In this document: positions 52,284 through 60,349 of the stretch, one piece after another | Layout of the letters: each line of letters begins with the position of its first letter | Numbering within the stretch: position 1 is the stretch's first letter | Source: an uncultured Porphyromonadaceae bacterium | GTDB lineage: Bacteria; Bacteroidota; Bacteroidia; Bacteroidales; UBA12481 | Direction of reading: 5' to 3' | Assembly: GCA_964355105.1 (NCBI GenBank) | Contig: CAYHCO010000003.1 | Coordinates: 5,577 to 69,576, forward strand | Length of the DNA: 64,000 nucleotides | The notes under the pieces: generated by a model | What the model saw: the letters and a program-made list of their open reading frames with translations, nothing else | What the model was told of the DNA's origin: nothing | Database searches by the model: none | Translations under genes and position numbers: made by a program

Positions 52284-52318
52284 TATACCTGACAGGTTTT
52301 AAATACCTGTCAGGTATA
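52284..52318 (+). repeat. CCTGACAGG-family hairpin (13-bp stem)
   Basis: tatacctgacagg-ttttaaata-cctgtcaggtata. Confidence 0.8.
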
Positions 52319-52324
52319 ATGTTA

Positions 52325-52355
52325 AAAACCCCGGAAAGATATTCCGGGGTTTTTT
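52325..52355 (+). terminator. rho-independent terminator after paralog 1
   Basis: aaaaccccggaa-agata-ttccggggtttttt. Confidence 0.8.
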
Positions 52356-52392
52356 ATAAACCCCTGGCTGATGTTGTATAATTAAAAAAATA

Positions 52393-52400
52393 TATCTTAG
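52393..52400 (+). promoter_or_regulatory. near-consensus -7 box TATCTTAG upstream of paralog 2
   Basis: Lies within the conserved spacer ctgatgttgtataattaaaaaaatatatcttagttccac shared with 54760..54805. Confidence 0.3.
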
Positions 52401-52437
52401 TTCCACACTAGCTAAAAACATTTAACCCTACCCGCTT

Positions 52438-54675
52438 ATGAAAAAATTTACACTATTAATTCTGATGTTGTCTTTGATGGTCATGACCTTCGGACAAAGG
52501 GTCAATGTCAATCAGGGCAAACCCATTGCCTTCGGCTCCGAATTGATCACCCCGGTTCCTCAACCGGCGGCATCTTTGCTTAAAGCCGGCGGTGACGTGT
52601 TTTACAAAGAGACTTTCAACTGGAAAAATGCTGCCGATCCGAAAGGGTGGACCGCCCCGGCAGGATTCCAGATCGTTGAAGAAACCGACTTTGGTTGTCC
52701 ATGGATTTGGAGGGCAGGTACCGACAGTATCAAGGGCATGCTGACTTTTGAACCCGGCCACGCCTACTCTCTTACACCTGAAGACGGCTATTTCGTTTTA
52801 CCCATGGACGAGTATAACTACGTCGACGGGGTCAATACTGCTAACGGAGTCATTTCCTGGTTCCAATTACCCGAGCTCGATTGCTCAACACATCCCGGAG
52901 TCATTTTAACCTTCAGGCAATTTTTCCGTCTTTATCCAAACACAGATGTTAAGGTTGCCGTTTCAAACGACCTTGGGGTTCACTGGGCAAACTATAATGT
53001 GTCCTTTGATACAAGAACCAGTATTTTCTGCAAAAATCCTTACCCGGAATTAAATATCTCCGAGGTTGCCGCCGGTATGCCTAAAGTTTGGATCAAGTTT
53101 ATCTGGAACGGTATGAGCCGGTATTTCTGGTGTATTGATGATATCGAACTGTTCGAAAGTTATGACAACGATATTATGATGGAGGGTACCTGGTCGTATG
53201 CGATCGACCTTGATAATGCCGATAACAATGAAGGATTTGTTTACATGACTCCTTTATCGCAGATCGGGGTTGACAACTTTGGAGGCTACACCTTCGCCGG
53301 TGCCATGCTCAACGCAGGGCTTGATGACCAGGAGGATGTTAACCTCAATGTGAACATCTTAAAAAATGGAGTATCGGTGTATGATGAGAATTCCGTATCC
53401 AGGGATATCTGGTCGATTCAGCGGGATACTTTCCCCGTTACCAAAATTTACAATCCTGACGGGTACGGCGCCTACGAAATGACTTTAACCGCCAAGGCTA
53501 AGCAGACGGATCAAAGACCATTAAATAACAAATACTCTGACACTTTTTACATTACCGACAGTATCTATTCCGTTTGCGACTGGGAATTCGAAGAACATGC
53601 CAGTACGGCCGCCTGGGGGAACAATGACGGTGACTATATGGGAATAGCCTACGATATTAAAAAACCCGTTGAGGCTAACTCAATTTCCTGTATGATCATG
53701 CAGAGGCCAAAGAATAAAAAAGCCAGTACCCAGGTTGGTTATAATTTTCAGTACTGGATTTTCAAATGGGATGCTACAGAAGGTGCCTGGGTTGAAGCCA
53801 TCATGTCGGCATATACTGAGGTAACCCAGGAAATGATTGACACCTGGGTAACAGTGCCACTGGAAAAAGATGGTGAATCCGAATTCCTGGAACCGGGGTA
53901 TTATGTTGCAGCTATCCAAACTTTCCATGGTGGCGGGCTTGGCGCCACTAACAGTGTCTTCCGGTTTACCATCGGGGCCGATCAGAGTCACAGATTCGCA
54001 TATGGGAAAACACTTTTCAAACGATACAACGATGCTGACTGGTCACAGAACGATGAACTTGGAATGATCCGTCTGAACATTAACAGTACGGGCGCGCCAA
54101 AAATAGCAGATGTTCAGTTTAATGTCGATATGACACTGCCGATATCCAATGGCACGTTCAAGCCGGCTTCCGATTTTGTTGATGTAGCCGGTACTTTTAA
54201 CAACTGGGGATCATCGGATCACATGACCGATGGGGATGGTGACGGCATTTATACCCTATCGATCCCGGCTCAGAATGTATTTTCAAAAATTGAGTACAAA
54301 TACCGCATCAACGGCAACTGGAATACCTCTGAATTCCCGTCAGGCGGGCCGAACAGGGTTTACCGTGTTTCCTATTATAACGCAACCCACGATGTGTACA
54401 ACAACGGCAAGAGCCTGGCCATCGATGCCAATTCGCTGACCTCCTCGATCAATGCTTACCCGAACCCGACCGACGGACAATTCACTCTGGCGGTAACGAA
54501 TACGCAAGTTGTGGATCTGAATATCCAGGTAACCAATATTCAGGGACAGGTTGTATATCAGAACATTGCCAAGTCGGTACTGAACTATCAGGAAAATATC
54601 GACCTGAGTGCGTTTGCCAAGGGAATGTATTTCCTGAAGGTGAACAACCAGGTTATAAAGCTATTGGTTGAGTAG
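52438..54675 (+). CDS. T9SS-secreted protein, paralog 2 (same architecture as 50036..52273)
   Basis: 745 aa, colinear with paralog 1 and identical in its central third. T9SS CTD INAYPNPTDGQFTLAV. Confidence 0.7.
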   Translation: MKKFTLLILMLSLMVMTFGQRVNVNQGKPIAFGSELITPVPQPAASLLKAGGDVFYKETFNWKNAADPKGWTAPAGFQIVEETDFGCPWIWRAGTDSIKGMLTFEPGHAYSLTPEDGYFVLPMDEYNYVDGVNTANGVISWFQLPELDCSTHPGVILTFRQFFRLYPNTDVKVAVSNDLGVHWANYNVSFDTRTSIFCKNPYPELNISEVAAGMPKVWIKFIWNGMSRYFWCIDDIELFESYDNDIMMEGTWSYAIDLDNADNNEGFVYMTPLSQIGVDNFGGYTFAGAMLNAGLDDQEDVNLNVNILKNGVSVYDENSVSRDIWSIQRDTFPVTKIYNPDGYGAYEMTLTAKAKQTDQRPLNNKYSDTFYITDSIYSVCDWEFEEHASTAAWGNNDGDYMGIAYDIKKPVEANSISCMIMQRPKNKKASTQVGYNFQYWIFKWDATEGAWVEAIMSAYTEVTQEMIDTWVTVPLEKDGESEFLEPGYYVAAIQTFHGGGLGATNSVFRFTIGADQSHRFAYGKTLFKRYNDADWSQNDELGMIRLNINSTGAPKIADVQFNVDMTLPISNGTFKPASDFVDVAGTFNNWGSSDHMTDGDGDGIYTLSIPAQNVFSKIEYKYRINGNWNTSEFPSGGPNRVYRVSYYNATHDVYNNGKSLAIDANSLTSSINAYPNPTDGQFTLAVTNTQVVDLNIQVTNIQGQVVYQNIAKSVLNYQENIDLSAFAKGMYFLKVNNQVIKLLVE

Positions 54676-54683
54676 GAGCGTTT

Positions 54684-54718
54684 TTTAGACCTGACAGGTT
54701 TTTAAAACCTGTCAGGTC
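54684..54718 (+). repeat. CCTGACAGG-family hairpin (13-bp stem)
   Basis: tagacctgacagg-tttttaaaa-cctgtcaggtcta. Confidence 0.8.
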
Positions 54719-54725
54719 TAATGTT

Positions 54726-54756
54726 AAAACCCAGGAAAATTTTCCTGGGTTTTTTA
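54726..54756 (+). terminator. rho-independent terminator after paralog 2
   Basis: aaaacccaggaaa-at-tttcctgggtttttt. Confidence 0.8.
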
Positions 54757-54793
54757 ATAAACCCCTGCCTGATGTTGTATAATTAAAAAAATA

Positions 54794-54801
54794 TATCTTA
54801 G
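54794..54801 (+). promoter_or_regulatory. near-consensus -7 box TATCTTAG upstream of paralog 3
   Basis: Equivalent position to 52393..52400. Confidence 0.3.
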
Positions 54802-54838
54802 TTCCACGCTAACAAACACCTATTTTAAACACTCGCTT

Positions 54839-56752
54839 ATGAAAAAATCTACACTACTCCTTGCATTTTTCGTGCTGATTGCAGTCGGCACGACGATGGC
54901 TCAGACCCCGGGAACAAAGGGGAACGGGCAAGTATTTTACTCTGAAACATTCGGTTGGGAAAACCCTGCGGATGATAAAGGGTGGACAGCACCTGCAGGT
55001 TATTATTTCCTCGACCCCACCGATGTCGGGTACAACTGGAAATGGCAGCCTGGAACACAGGGATTCGTCAGTATCTATACTCAGGATCCACCTTTGAATT
55101 CTACAACCAAAGACAATGGATTAATCTCAATTTTCCTGGAAGAGCTGAACTATCAGTCGGGAACTATGCTGACCACATCGGTTGACAACTCCATCGGCTT
55201 CCCGACCCTGAACTGCAGCACCCACTCTTCGGTTATCGTCAGGTACCAGACCCACTTTATGGCCTATTCGCAGGCCAATATGTGGCTTGAGGTATCCGTT
55301 GACAACTGGGTGCACTCGGCAAATTACAACGTTAACTTCGGATGTGCGCACAAGGACCGCCCCTCGGACAAGCCAAAAGGCGAACCGGCATTGCTCGAAA
55401 TGAACATTTCCGATGTTGCCGCCGGCATGCCGGAAGTCAGGATGCGTTTGCACTGGCTGAATACTCACATGTATTACTGGGCAGTTGATGATTTTACGGT
55501 TTCCGAGGCATGGAATAACGACCTGAAAATGAATTATGTTCAGATGGAATGGGATGACAGCAACGACGAAACCAGGATGTCCTGGATTGCCAACATTCCA
55601 AAATCACAGCTCGACGGAACCGGCGGATTCCTGAATTTTGAATCCAGTGCCCTGAACTTCGGCGAATACGATCAGGAGAAAGTTTACCTGGATGTCGATG
55701 TTACTAAAAATGGCACCAGTGTGTTCCATAAAATGTCGGACCAGGCAGATGTTTTCGTTCTGAACGTTGATACCGCCCAGGTTGCAGACAAATACTCTCC
55801 GGCAGAATATGGCCATTACAAGGTCAATTATGAATTCAAGGCGAAGGATGCCGATCAAAACCCGGAAGACAATAAAAGAGAGGTATTCTTTAACGTTACC
55901 GACAGCGTTTATTCACGTTCCGGTGCAGTTAACACCTTGAGCTGGTCGATGAACAAGGAGTCCTACAACACTCCGGATGCTGAGGAAGTGAACCATTTCT
56001 GCGGATCCATATTCCCCATTTTCAAGGATTGTGAAGTCAGTTCCATCTCGGTTTTTATTACGGGTGGGTTGGCTGACCCGATGTTGAATTACCGTTTTTC
56101 ACTGTACTTCCAGCAACCGGGTGAGGCTATTGAAGCATCACCGGAAATCCTGGCTACCGAAACCGTTCAGCTCGATTCGGCTGATTTCAATACCTGGGTT
56201 ACGATGGATCTGGGAAAAGACGGCGAATCGGAATTCCTGAAAAAGGGTGATATTGTTTATGCCGGTATTACTTTCGACAATACCCATCCCAACCACCTCG
56301 ATCGAAGGAACAAGGGTCTGGAGATCGGAACCGACAACACCGTAAAACTTACTGAGTCTTCAACTGTAGCCATATACCGGGGAGGTTCAAGAACCGGTGT
56401 CGGTGACTTTTTCGGTAAGCGGAACCTGATGATTCACATGAACCTGAACGATCACGGCAACCGCATCGACGGCGTCGACCTGACTGCAGCTGCCGCATCG
56501 ATGGGCCAGAATTATCCGAACCCGTTCAAGAGTACCACTACCATCGACTATGAGCTGACGGACGGATCCGATGTAACCTTTGAGGTTATGGATCTTACCG
56601 GACGCAAGGTTATGGAAGTGAGGAACGGCATGATGCCCGCAGGCAAGCATACCTTCAGCCTCGAAACCGGTAACCTCGATGCAGGGGTGTATTTTTATAC
56701 CCTGAAGGCTGGGAATTTTGTCCAGACCAAGCAGATGGTTATTGTGGAATAG
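54839..56752 (+). CDS. T9SS-secreted protein, distant paralog 3 (choice-of-anchor-J/MAM-like N-terminal domain + T9SS CTD, lacks the CBM-like module)
   Basis: QVFYSETFGWENPADDKGWTAPAGYYFLDP..WKW parallels paralogs 1 and 2. NISDVAAGMPEVRMRLHW..YYWAVDDF compares with NISEVAAGMPKVWIKFIW..YFWCIDDI. CTD MGQNYPNPFKSTTTIDY...GVYFYTLKAG. Confidence 0.7.
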   Translation: MKKSTLLLAFFVLIAVGTTMAQTPGTKGNGQVFYSETFGWENPADDKGWTAPAGYYFLDPTDVGYNWKWQPGTQGFVSIYTQDPPLNSTTKDNGLISIFLEELNYQSGTMLTTSVDNSIGFPTLNCSTHSSVIVRYQTHFMAYSQANMWLEVSVDNWVHSANYNVNFGCAHKDRPSDKPKGEPALLEMNISDVAAGMPEVRMRLHWLNTHMYYWAVDDFTVSEAWNNDLKMNYVQMEWDDSNDETRMSWIANIPKSQLDGTGGFLNFESSALNFGEYDQEKVYLDVDVTKNGTSVFHKMSDQADVFVLNVDTAQVADKYSPAEYGHYKVNYEFKAKDADQNPEDNKREVFFNVTDSVYSRSGAVNTLSWSMNKESYNTPDAEEVNHFCGSIFPIFKDCEVSSISVFITGGLADPMLNYRFSLYFQQPGEAIEASPEILATETVQLDSADFNTWVTMDLGKDGESEFLKKGDIVYAGITFDNTHPNHLDRRNKGLEIGTDNTVKLTESSTVAIYRGGSRTGVGDFFGKRNLMIHMNLNDHGNRIDGVDLTAAAASMGQNYPNPFKSTTTIDYELTDGSDVTFEVMDLTGRKVMEVRNGMMPAGKHTFSLETGNLDAGVYFYTLKAGNFVQTKQMVIVE

Positions 56753-56780
56753 GTGCATTTTAAAAAAATTCAACGCACGA

Positions 56781-56814
56781 AAAAACCCCGACATTGTTTG
56801 TCGGGGTTTTTTTT
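56781..56814 (+). terminator. rho-independent terminator after paralog 3
   Basis: aaaaaccccgaca-ttgtt-tgtcggggtttttttt. Confidence 0.8.
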
Positions 56815-56821
56815 ATCTTTG
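56814..56821 (+). promoter_or_regulatory. -7 box TATCTTTG for tRNA-Leu
   Basis: Matches TAnnTTTG, 15 nt upstream of the tRNA 5' end. The spacing is similar to the tRNA-Asn case. Confidence 0.45.
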
Positions 56822-56836
56822 CCGCTCTATCCTTTT

Positions 56837-56920
56837 GCCCAGATGGCGGAATCGGTAGACGCGCTGGTCTCAAACACCAGTAACAGCAATGTTGTGCCGG
56901 TTCGACCCCGGCTCTGGGTA
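56837..56920 (+). tRNA. tRNA-Leu (anticodon CAA)
   Basis: gcccaga-tg-gcgg-aatcggtag-a-cgc-g-ctggt-ctCAAac-accag, long variable arm taacagcaatgttgt, gccgg-ttcgacc-ccggc-tctgggt-a. Class II tRNA. The acceptor closes with one G-U pair. Confidence 0.9.
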
Positions 56921-56930
56921 CAAAAAGAAA

Positions 56931-56972
56931 GGCAGAAGGCAGAAGGCAGAAGGCAGAAGGCAGAAGGCACAA
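56931..56972 (+). repeat. perfect (GGCAGAA)x5 + GGCACAA heptanucleotide array 10 nt after tRNA-Leu
   Basis: ggcagaa x5 at 56931..56965, then ggcacaa. Confidence 0.95.
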
Positions 56973-56988
56973 GTAATTGGGCCTTTTT
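56964..56988 (+). repeat. 25-bp direct repeat, left copy
   Basis: 24/25 identical to 57981..58005. Confidence 0.9.
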
Positions 56989-57110
56989 CTTTTTTCAGGT
57001 GCCTTGACAGGTACGGTCGAACAAGCAATTTCCTTCTGAATAAGAAATCGGTCCTGAAGAAGGCATTTATTGGAGATTTGACCCGAAACCTGAGAAATTC
57101 GAAATTGTTT

Positions 57111-57118
57111 TATCTTTG
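57111..57118 (+). promoter_or_regulatory. -7 box TATCTTTG 8 nt upstream of the MNT gene ATG
   Basis: Matches TAnnTTTG. Confidence 0.4.
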
Positions 57119-57126
57119 ATACCAAG

Positions 57127-57450
57127 ATGGATACGGAACAATTATTATCTGAAATCACTGAACTCCTCAAACCTTATGGTATTGAGAAGATAATCCTGTT
57201 TGGTTCATATGCTTCCGGTTTGCAAAAAAGCGGCAGTGACATAGATCTTCTGGTGATTAAAAAAATTCCTGCAAGCGAGACACGAAATTTCAGGATACAG
57301 CTTAAGAAGGCTCTTTGGAGGGAATTTTCCAATTTCAACTATTCGTTTGATGTTTTGGTGGATGACGAAAAAAGAATCCAGGAACGGATCGCTATCGGGG
57401 ATTTGTTCTATAAGGATATTTACACCAATGGTAAGGTAATATATGCCTAA
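57127..57450 (+). CDS. minimal nucleotidyltransferase (MNT) domain protein, antitoxin-like partner of HEPN
   Basis: KIILFGSYASGLQKSGSDIDLLVI equals the GS-x(9-10)-DxD polymerase-beta-type NTase motif. 107 aa. Confidence 0.8.
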   Translation: MDTEQLLSEITELLKPYGIEKIILFGSYASGLQKSGSDIDLLVIKKIPASETRNFRIQLKKALWREFSNFNYSFDVLVDDEKRIQERIAIGDLFYKDIYTNGKVIYA

Positions 57451-57829
57451 TCAGGTTTATGCGCTTGAATGGCTGGCCCTTGCCAAACGCAATCTTGAAA
57501 CTGCGGCCATTCTGTTGCGCGAAAACCACTACACTGACAGTATCGCTATTGAAATTCATATGGCACTTGAGAAATCATTCAAGTCGATATATGCATATTT
57601 CGGGATCACCATCCTCAGGACACATTCCTTAACCCTTCTATTTAGTTTTGTTTCAGAAAAAATGTCTTTACAGAACATTGATATCGAAGACATTATAATA
57701 ATCAGTGATTATTATGAAGCTGATCGTTACCCGGGCCCAAAATACAATCAACCTTCCAGGTCAGAAGTTGAGCATTACTATCTTTTTGCTAAAGAATTAG
57801 TTGCGGAGATTGAAGCCTTTCTATCCTGA
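57443..57829 (+). CDS. HEPN domain protein (toxin-like partner of MNT)
   Basis: 128 aa. LEWLALAKRNLETAAILL...ALEKSFKSIYAYFGITILRTHSLTLL resembles the (K/R)THDL region of PF05168 HEPN proteins. 8-nt overlap with the MNT gene. Confidence 0.75.
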   Translation: MPNQVYALEWLALAKRNLETAAILLRENHYTDSIAIEIHMALEKSFKSIYAYFGITILRTHSLTLLFSFVSEKMSLQNIDIEDIIIISDYYEADRYPGPKYNQPSRSEVEHYYLFAKELVAEIEAFLS

Positions 57830-57980
57830 CATCCCGATCTGTTTCATAAATGAGGCCTCAGCCTTATGCCCTGATATTTTCATAATGCTCAGGACCGGAA
57901 CTTCCTCTAAACAAGCAATGGTTGGCAGCAGGCAGTCTGCAGAAGCTAGACGGCTTGCCCCGGACTTGATCCGGGGGCAA

Positions 57981-58005
57981 AAGGCACAAGTAGTTGGGCC
58001 TTTTT
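57981..58005 (+). repeat. 25-bp direct repeat, right copy
   Basis: 24/25 identical to 56964..56988. Confidence 0.9.
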
Positions 58006-58035
58006 TTATTTGGACCTTTGTTAGATAAAACTTCT

Positions 58036-58043
58036 TACCTTTG
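58036..58043 (+). promoter_or_regulatory. -7 box TACCTTTG (with TTTG at 58017..58020) for the THX gene
   Basis: Matches TAnnTTTG, 29 nt upstream of ATG 58073. Confidence 0.45.
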
Positions 58044-58072
58044 CAGCCTCATTATAAATCACATCATTGATC

Positions 58073-58183
58073 ATGGGAAAAGGAGATAAAAAAACCAAGC
58101 GCGGCAAGTTGTTCATGGGATCTTACGGAGTTTCCAGGCCAAAGAAATCGGAAACCAAACCGGTAAAACCCGAAACCAAGTAG
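58073..58183 (+). CDS. 30S ribosomal protein THX
   Basis: Below the ORF-track size cutoff. My translation MGKGDKKTKRGKLFMGSYGVSRPKKSETKPVKPETK matches the Thx pattern GKGD.R...GK...G.YGK.RP.K. Confidence 0.8.
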   Translation: MGKGDKKTKRGKLFMGSYGVSRPKKSETKPVKPETK

Positions 58184-58235
58184 AGACGCGTAATTGTTTC
58201 TGCTGATTAAACCGCCTCGGTAACGACGCAATCAG

Positions 58236-58667
58236 ATGAATTCGAGCGAAGTCAAACAAGAACAGTTCGACCGCCGTTATCTGCGCATGGCGCGGATATG
58301 GGCCGAAAACTCCTATTGTATCCGACGTAAGGTGGGCGCATTGATCGTTAATGAACGGATGGTTATTTCCGACGGTTATAATGGCACTCCCACCGGTTTT
58401 GAGAATATCTGTGAAGATGAAGATGGCAGCACAAAGGCCTATGTGCTTCATGCTGAGGCCAATGCAATCACCAAAGTCGCCCAGAGCGGCAACAGTTCCA
58501 AAGGGGCAACCCTTTATACCACAGCATCCCCCTGTCTGGAATGTGCCAAACTCATCATCCAGGCGGGTATTGTCAGGGTTGTTTACGGCGAAGAATACCG
58601 CATTACTGACGGGCTCGACCTATTAAAACGCGCCGGCATCAGTACCGTATTCCTGTCGGTTGACTAA
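58236..58667 (+). CDS. deoxycytidylate (dCMP) deaminase, ComEB-like
   Basis: FDRRYLRMARIWAENSYCIRRKVGALIV...DGYNGTP...HAEANAI...ASPCLECAKLIIQAGIVRVVY. Confidence 0.85.
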   Translation: MNSSEVKQEQFDRRYLRMARIWAENSYCIRRKVGALIVNERMVISDGYNGTPTGFENICEDEDGSTKAYVLHAEANAITKVAQSGNSSKGATLYTTASPCLECAKLIIQAGIVRVVYGEEYRITDGLDLLKRAGISTVFLSVD

Positions 58668-58681
58668 TTCCTTCCACCAAC

Positions 58682-60298
58682 ATGCCAGGTAAAAATTCCA
58701 GATTAGCTATTTGGCTTCCGGTAGCGCTTGCCTGCTGCCTGGTGACCGGCATGTATATCGGCAACCATTTTCAGCGCCAGTCGGGGCACGGCCAGATGCC
58801 GGCGAAAATATTCACCCGGCAGGACAAGCTTTCATCCGTTCTCGACTTTATCCAGAGCAACTATGTGGATTCCGTGAAGATGGATTCGATTGAGGAAGCC
58901 ATGATCCCGGTAATCCTGGAAAAGCTCGATCCTCACAGCATTTATATCCCACCGCGCGAATTATTGGAGGTCAACGAAACCCTGCGGGGTAATTTCGACG
59001 GTATCGGGGTGCAGTTCAACATGCAGAACGATACGATTTTGGTTATCCAGGCCATCAAGGGCGGTCCATCGGAAAAAGCGGGCATTTTGCCGGGCGACCG
59101 GATAATCAGTGTCGACGGCATAGCGGTTGCCGGAGTAAAAATGCCAGAAGACAGCATTGTCAGCCGTCTGAGGGGAGAAAAAAATTCCGAGGTGAAGGTC
59201 GGGATTTACCGTAAACGCACAAAAGAAAAGATCGTTTATACCCTGAAGCGCGGGATCATCCCGGTATCCAGCATCGATGTTGGATACATGATCACCCCAA
59301 CTATCGGGTATATCAAGATAAATACCTTCTCGCAAACCACCTACCCGGAATTTCAGGAAGCCCTCTCGAAACTGAAGCGCTCAGGGTGCAAGAAACTGAT
59401 CATGGACCTGCGGGGCAATTCAGGAGGCATCATGGATCCGGCCATACGCATAGCCGATGATTTTCTCGAAAAAGGTAAGCTGATCGTATACACAGAGGGT
59501 TACTCACGCGCCCGCGAAGAATTTCGTGCCACGCAGGAAGACAGCGGCGAAGACCTCGGCCTGGCTATCCTGATCGACGAAGGTTCAGCCTCAGCTTCGG
59601 AAATCGTGGCCGGTGCCGTCCAGGATAACGACCGCGGATGGATTATCGGCAGACGGTCATTCGGCAAGGGACTGGTTCAGGAGCAGGCTGTTATGAACGA
59701 CGGATCGGCACTGCGACTCACAACCGCCAGGTATTACACCCCAACGGGGCGATCGATCCAGAAATCCTACGCCAAGGGATTGAATGAGTATTATCACGAT
59801 ATCGCACAGCGCTACAAAAAAGGCGAATTCCTGGTTGCCGACAGCATTCACTTCATCGACAGCCTGAAATACACCACACCGGGCGGTCGCATTGTTTATG
59901 GAGGTGGCGGCATCATGCCCGACTATTTTGTGCCATACGACACTTCCGGAATTACGCCATTCTTCCTGAAAATTAACGGTGCCGGGCTGATTTACCGGTA
60001 CGCGCTTACCTATTCCGATATACACCGCGATGAACTTTCGGCTTTTAACCGCCTGGATGAGTTCGTGGATTATCTGGACTCGAAGGATGTTCTGGGATCA
60101 TTTAAATCACACATCGCAACACTTGGCTTTACTCCTTCGGCTGCCGAATGGAAGGAATCAAGGCTCATTATACGCACCCAGCTGAAAGCCTATATCGCCC
60201 GGAATTTCCTCGATAATGAGGGATTTTATCCGATTATCCAGACCATCGACAATACCCTGTCGCAGGCCGTTGAGGTGCTGAAGAAAAAAGCCCCTTAA
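58682..60298 (+). CDS. S41-family C-terminal processing peptidase with PDZ domain
   Basis: PDZ GIGVQFNMQNDTILVIQAIKGGPSEKAGILPGDRIISVDG. Catalytic region LIMDLRGNSGG ... GSASASEIVAGAVQDNDRG ... SFGKGLVQ. Confidence 0.85.
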   Translation: MPGKNSRLAIWLPVALACCLVTGMYIGNHFQRQSGHGQMPAKIFTRQDKLSSVLDFIQSNYVDSVKMDSIEEAMIPVILEKLDPHSIYIPPRELLEVNETLRGNFDGIGVQFNMQNDTILVIQAIKGGPSEKAGILPGDRIISVDGIAVAGVKMPEDSIVSRLRGEKNSEVKVGIYRKRTKEKIVYTLKRGIIPVSSIDVGYMITPTIGYIKINTFSQTTYPEFQEALSKLKRSGCKKLIMDLRGNSGGIMDPAIRIADDFLEKGKLIVYTEGYSRAREEFRATQEDSGEDLGLAILIDEGSASASEIVAGAVQDNDRGWIIGRRSFGKGLVQEQAVMNDGSALRLTTARYYTPTGRSIQKSYAKGLNEYYHDIAQRYKKGEFLVADSIHFIDSLKYTTPGGRIVYGGGGIMPDYFVPYDTSGITPFFLKINGAGLIYRYALTYSDIHRDELSAFNRLDEFVDYLDSKDVLGSFKSHIATLGFTPSAAEWKESRLIIRTQLKAYIARNFLDNEGFYPIIQTIDNTLSQAVEVLKKKAP

Positions 60299-60349
60299 AC
60301 CATTTATCCTCTGCTCTGTCCAAAGAGCAAATACTTAACAGAGGATATC

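Larger units (their letters stand above)
50036..54838 (+). repeat. tandem duplication, 2 x 2402 bp (CDS plus downstream spacer)
   Basis: 52438..54838 aligns colinearly with 50036..52437, including the hairpins and the promoter region of the following gene. Confidence 0.9.
56964..58005. mobile_element. possible integrated mini-cassette: MNT/HEPN module bounded by 25-bp direct repeats downstream of tRNA-Leu
   Basis: aaggcacaagtaattgggccttttt (56964..56988) versus aaggcacaagtagttgggccttttt (57981..58005) is 24/25 identical. The enclosed genes are visibly AT-rich. No integrase is present. Confidence 0.35.

Noticed and set aside
50036-54675. Tandem paralogs as the template/variable repeat pair of a diversity-generating retroelement.
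   Set aside because: No reverse transcriptase or accessory gene is nearby. The differences between copies are not restricted to adenine positions and are spread over the N- and C-terminal thirds, not confined to a short C-terminal variable region.
56753-57170. Track ORFs 56753..57007 (+), 56889..57119 (+) and 56760..57170 (-).
   Set aside because: They overlap tRNA-Leu, a terminator and the (GGCAGAA)n tract. Their translations are repeat-derived (KAEGRRQKAEG / LPSAFCLLPSAF).
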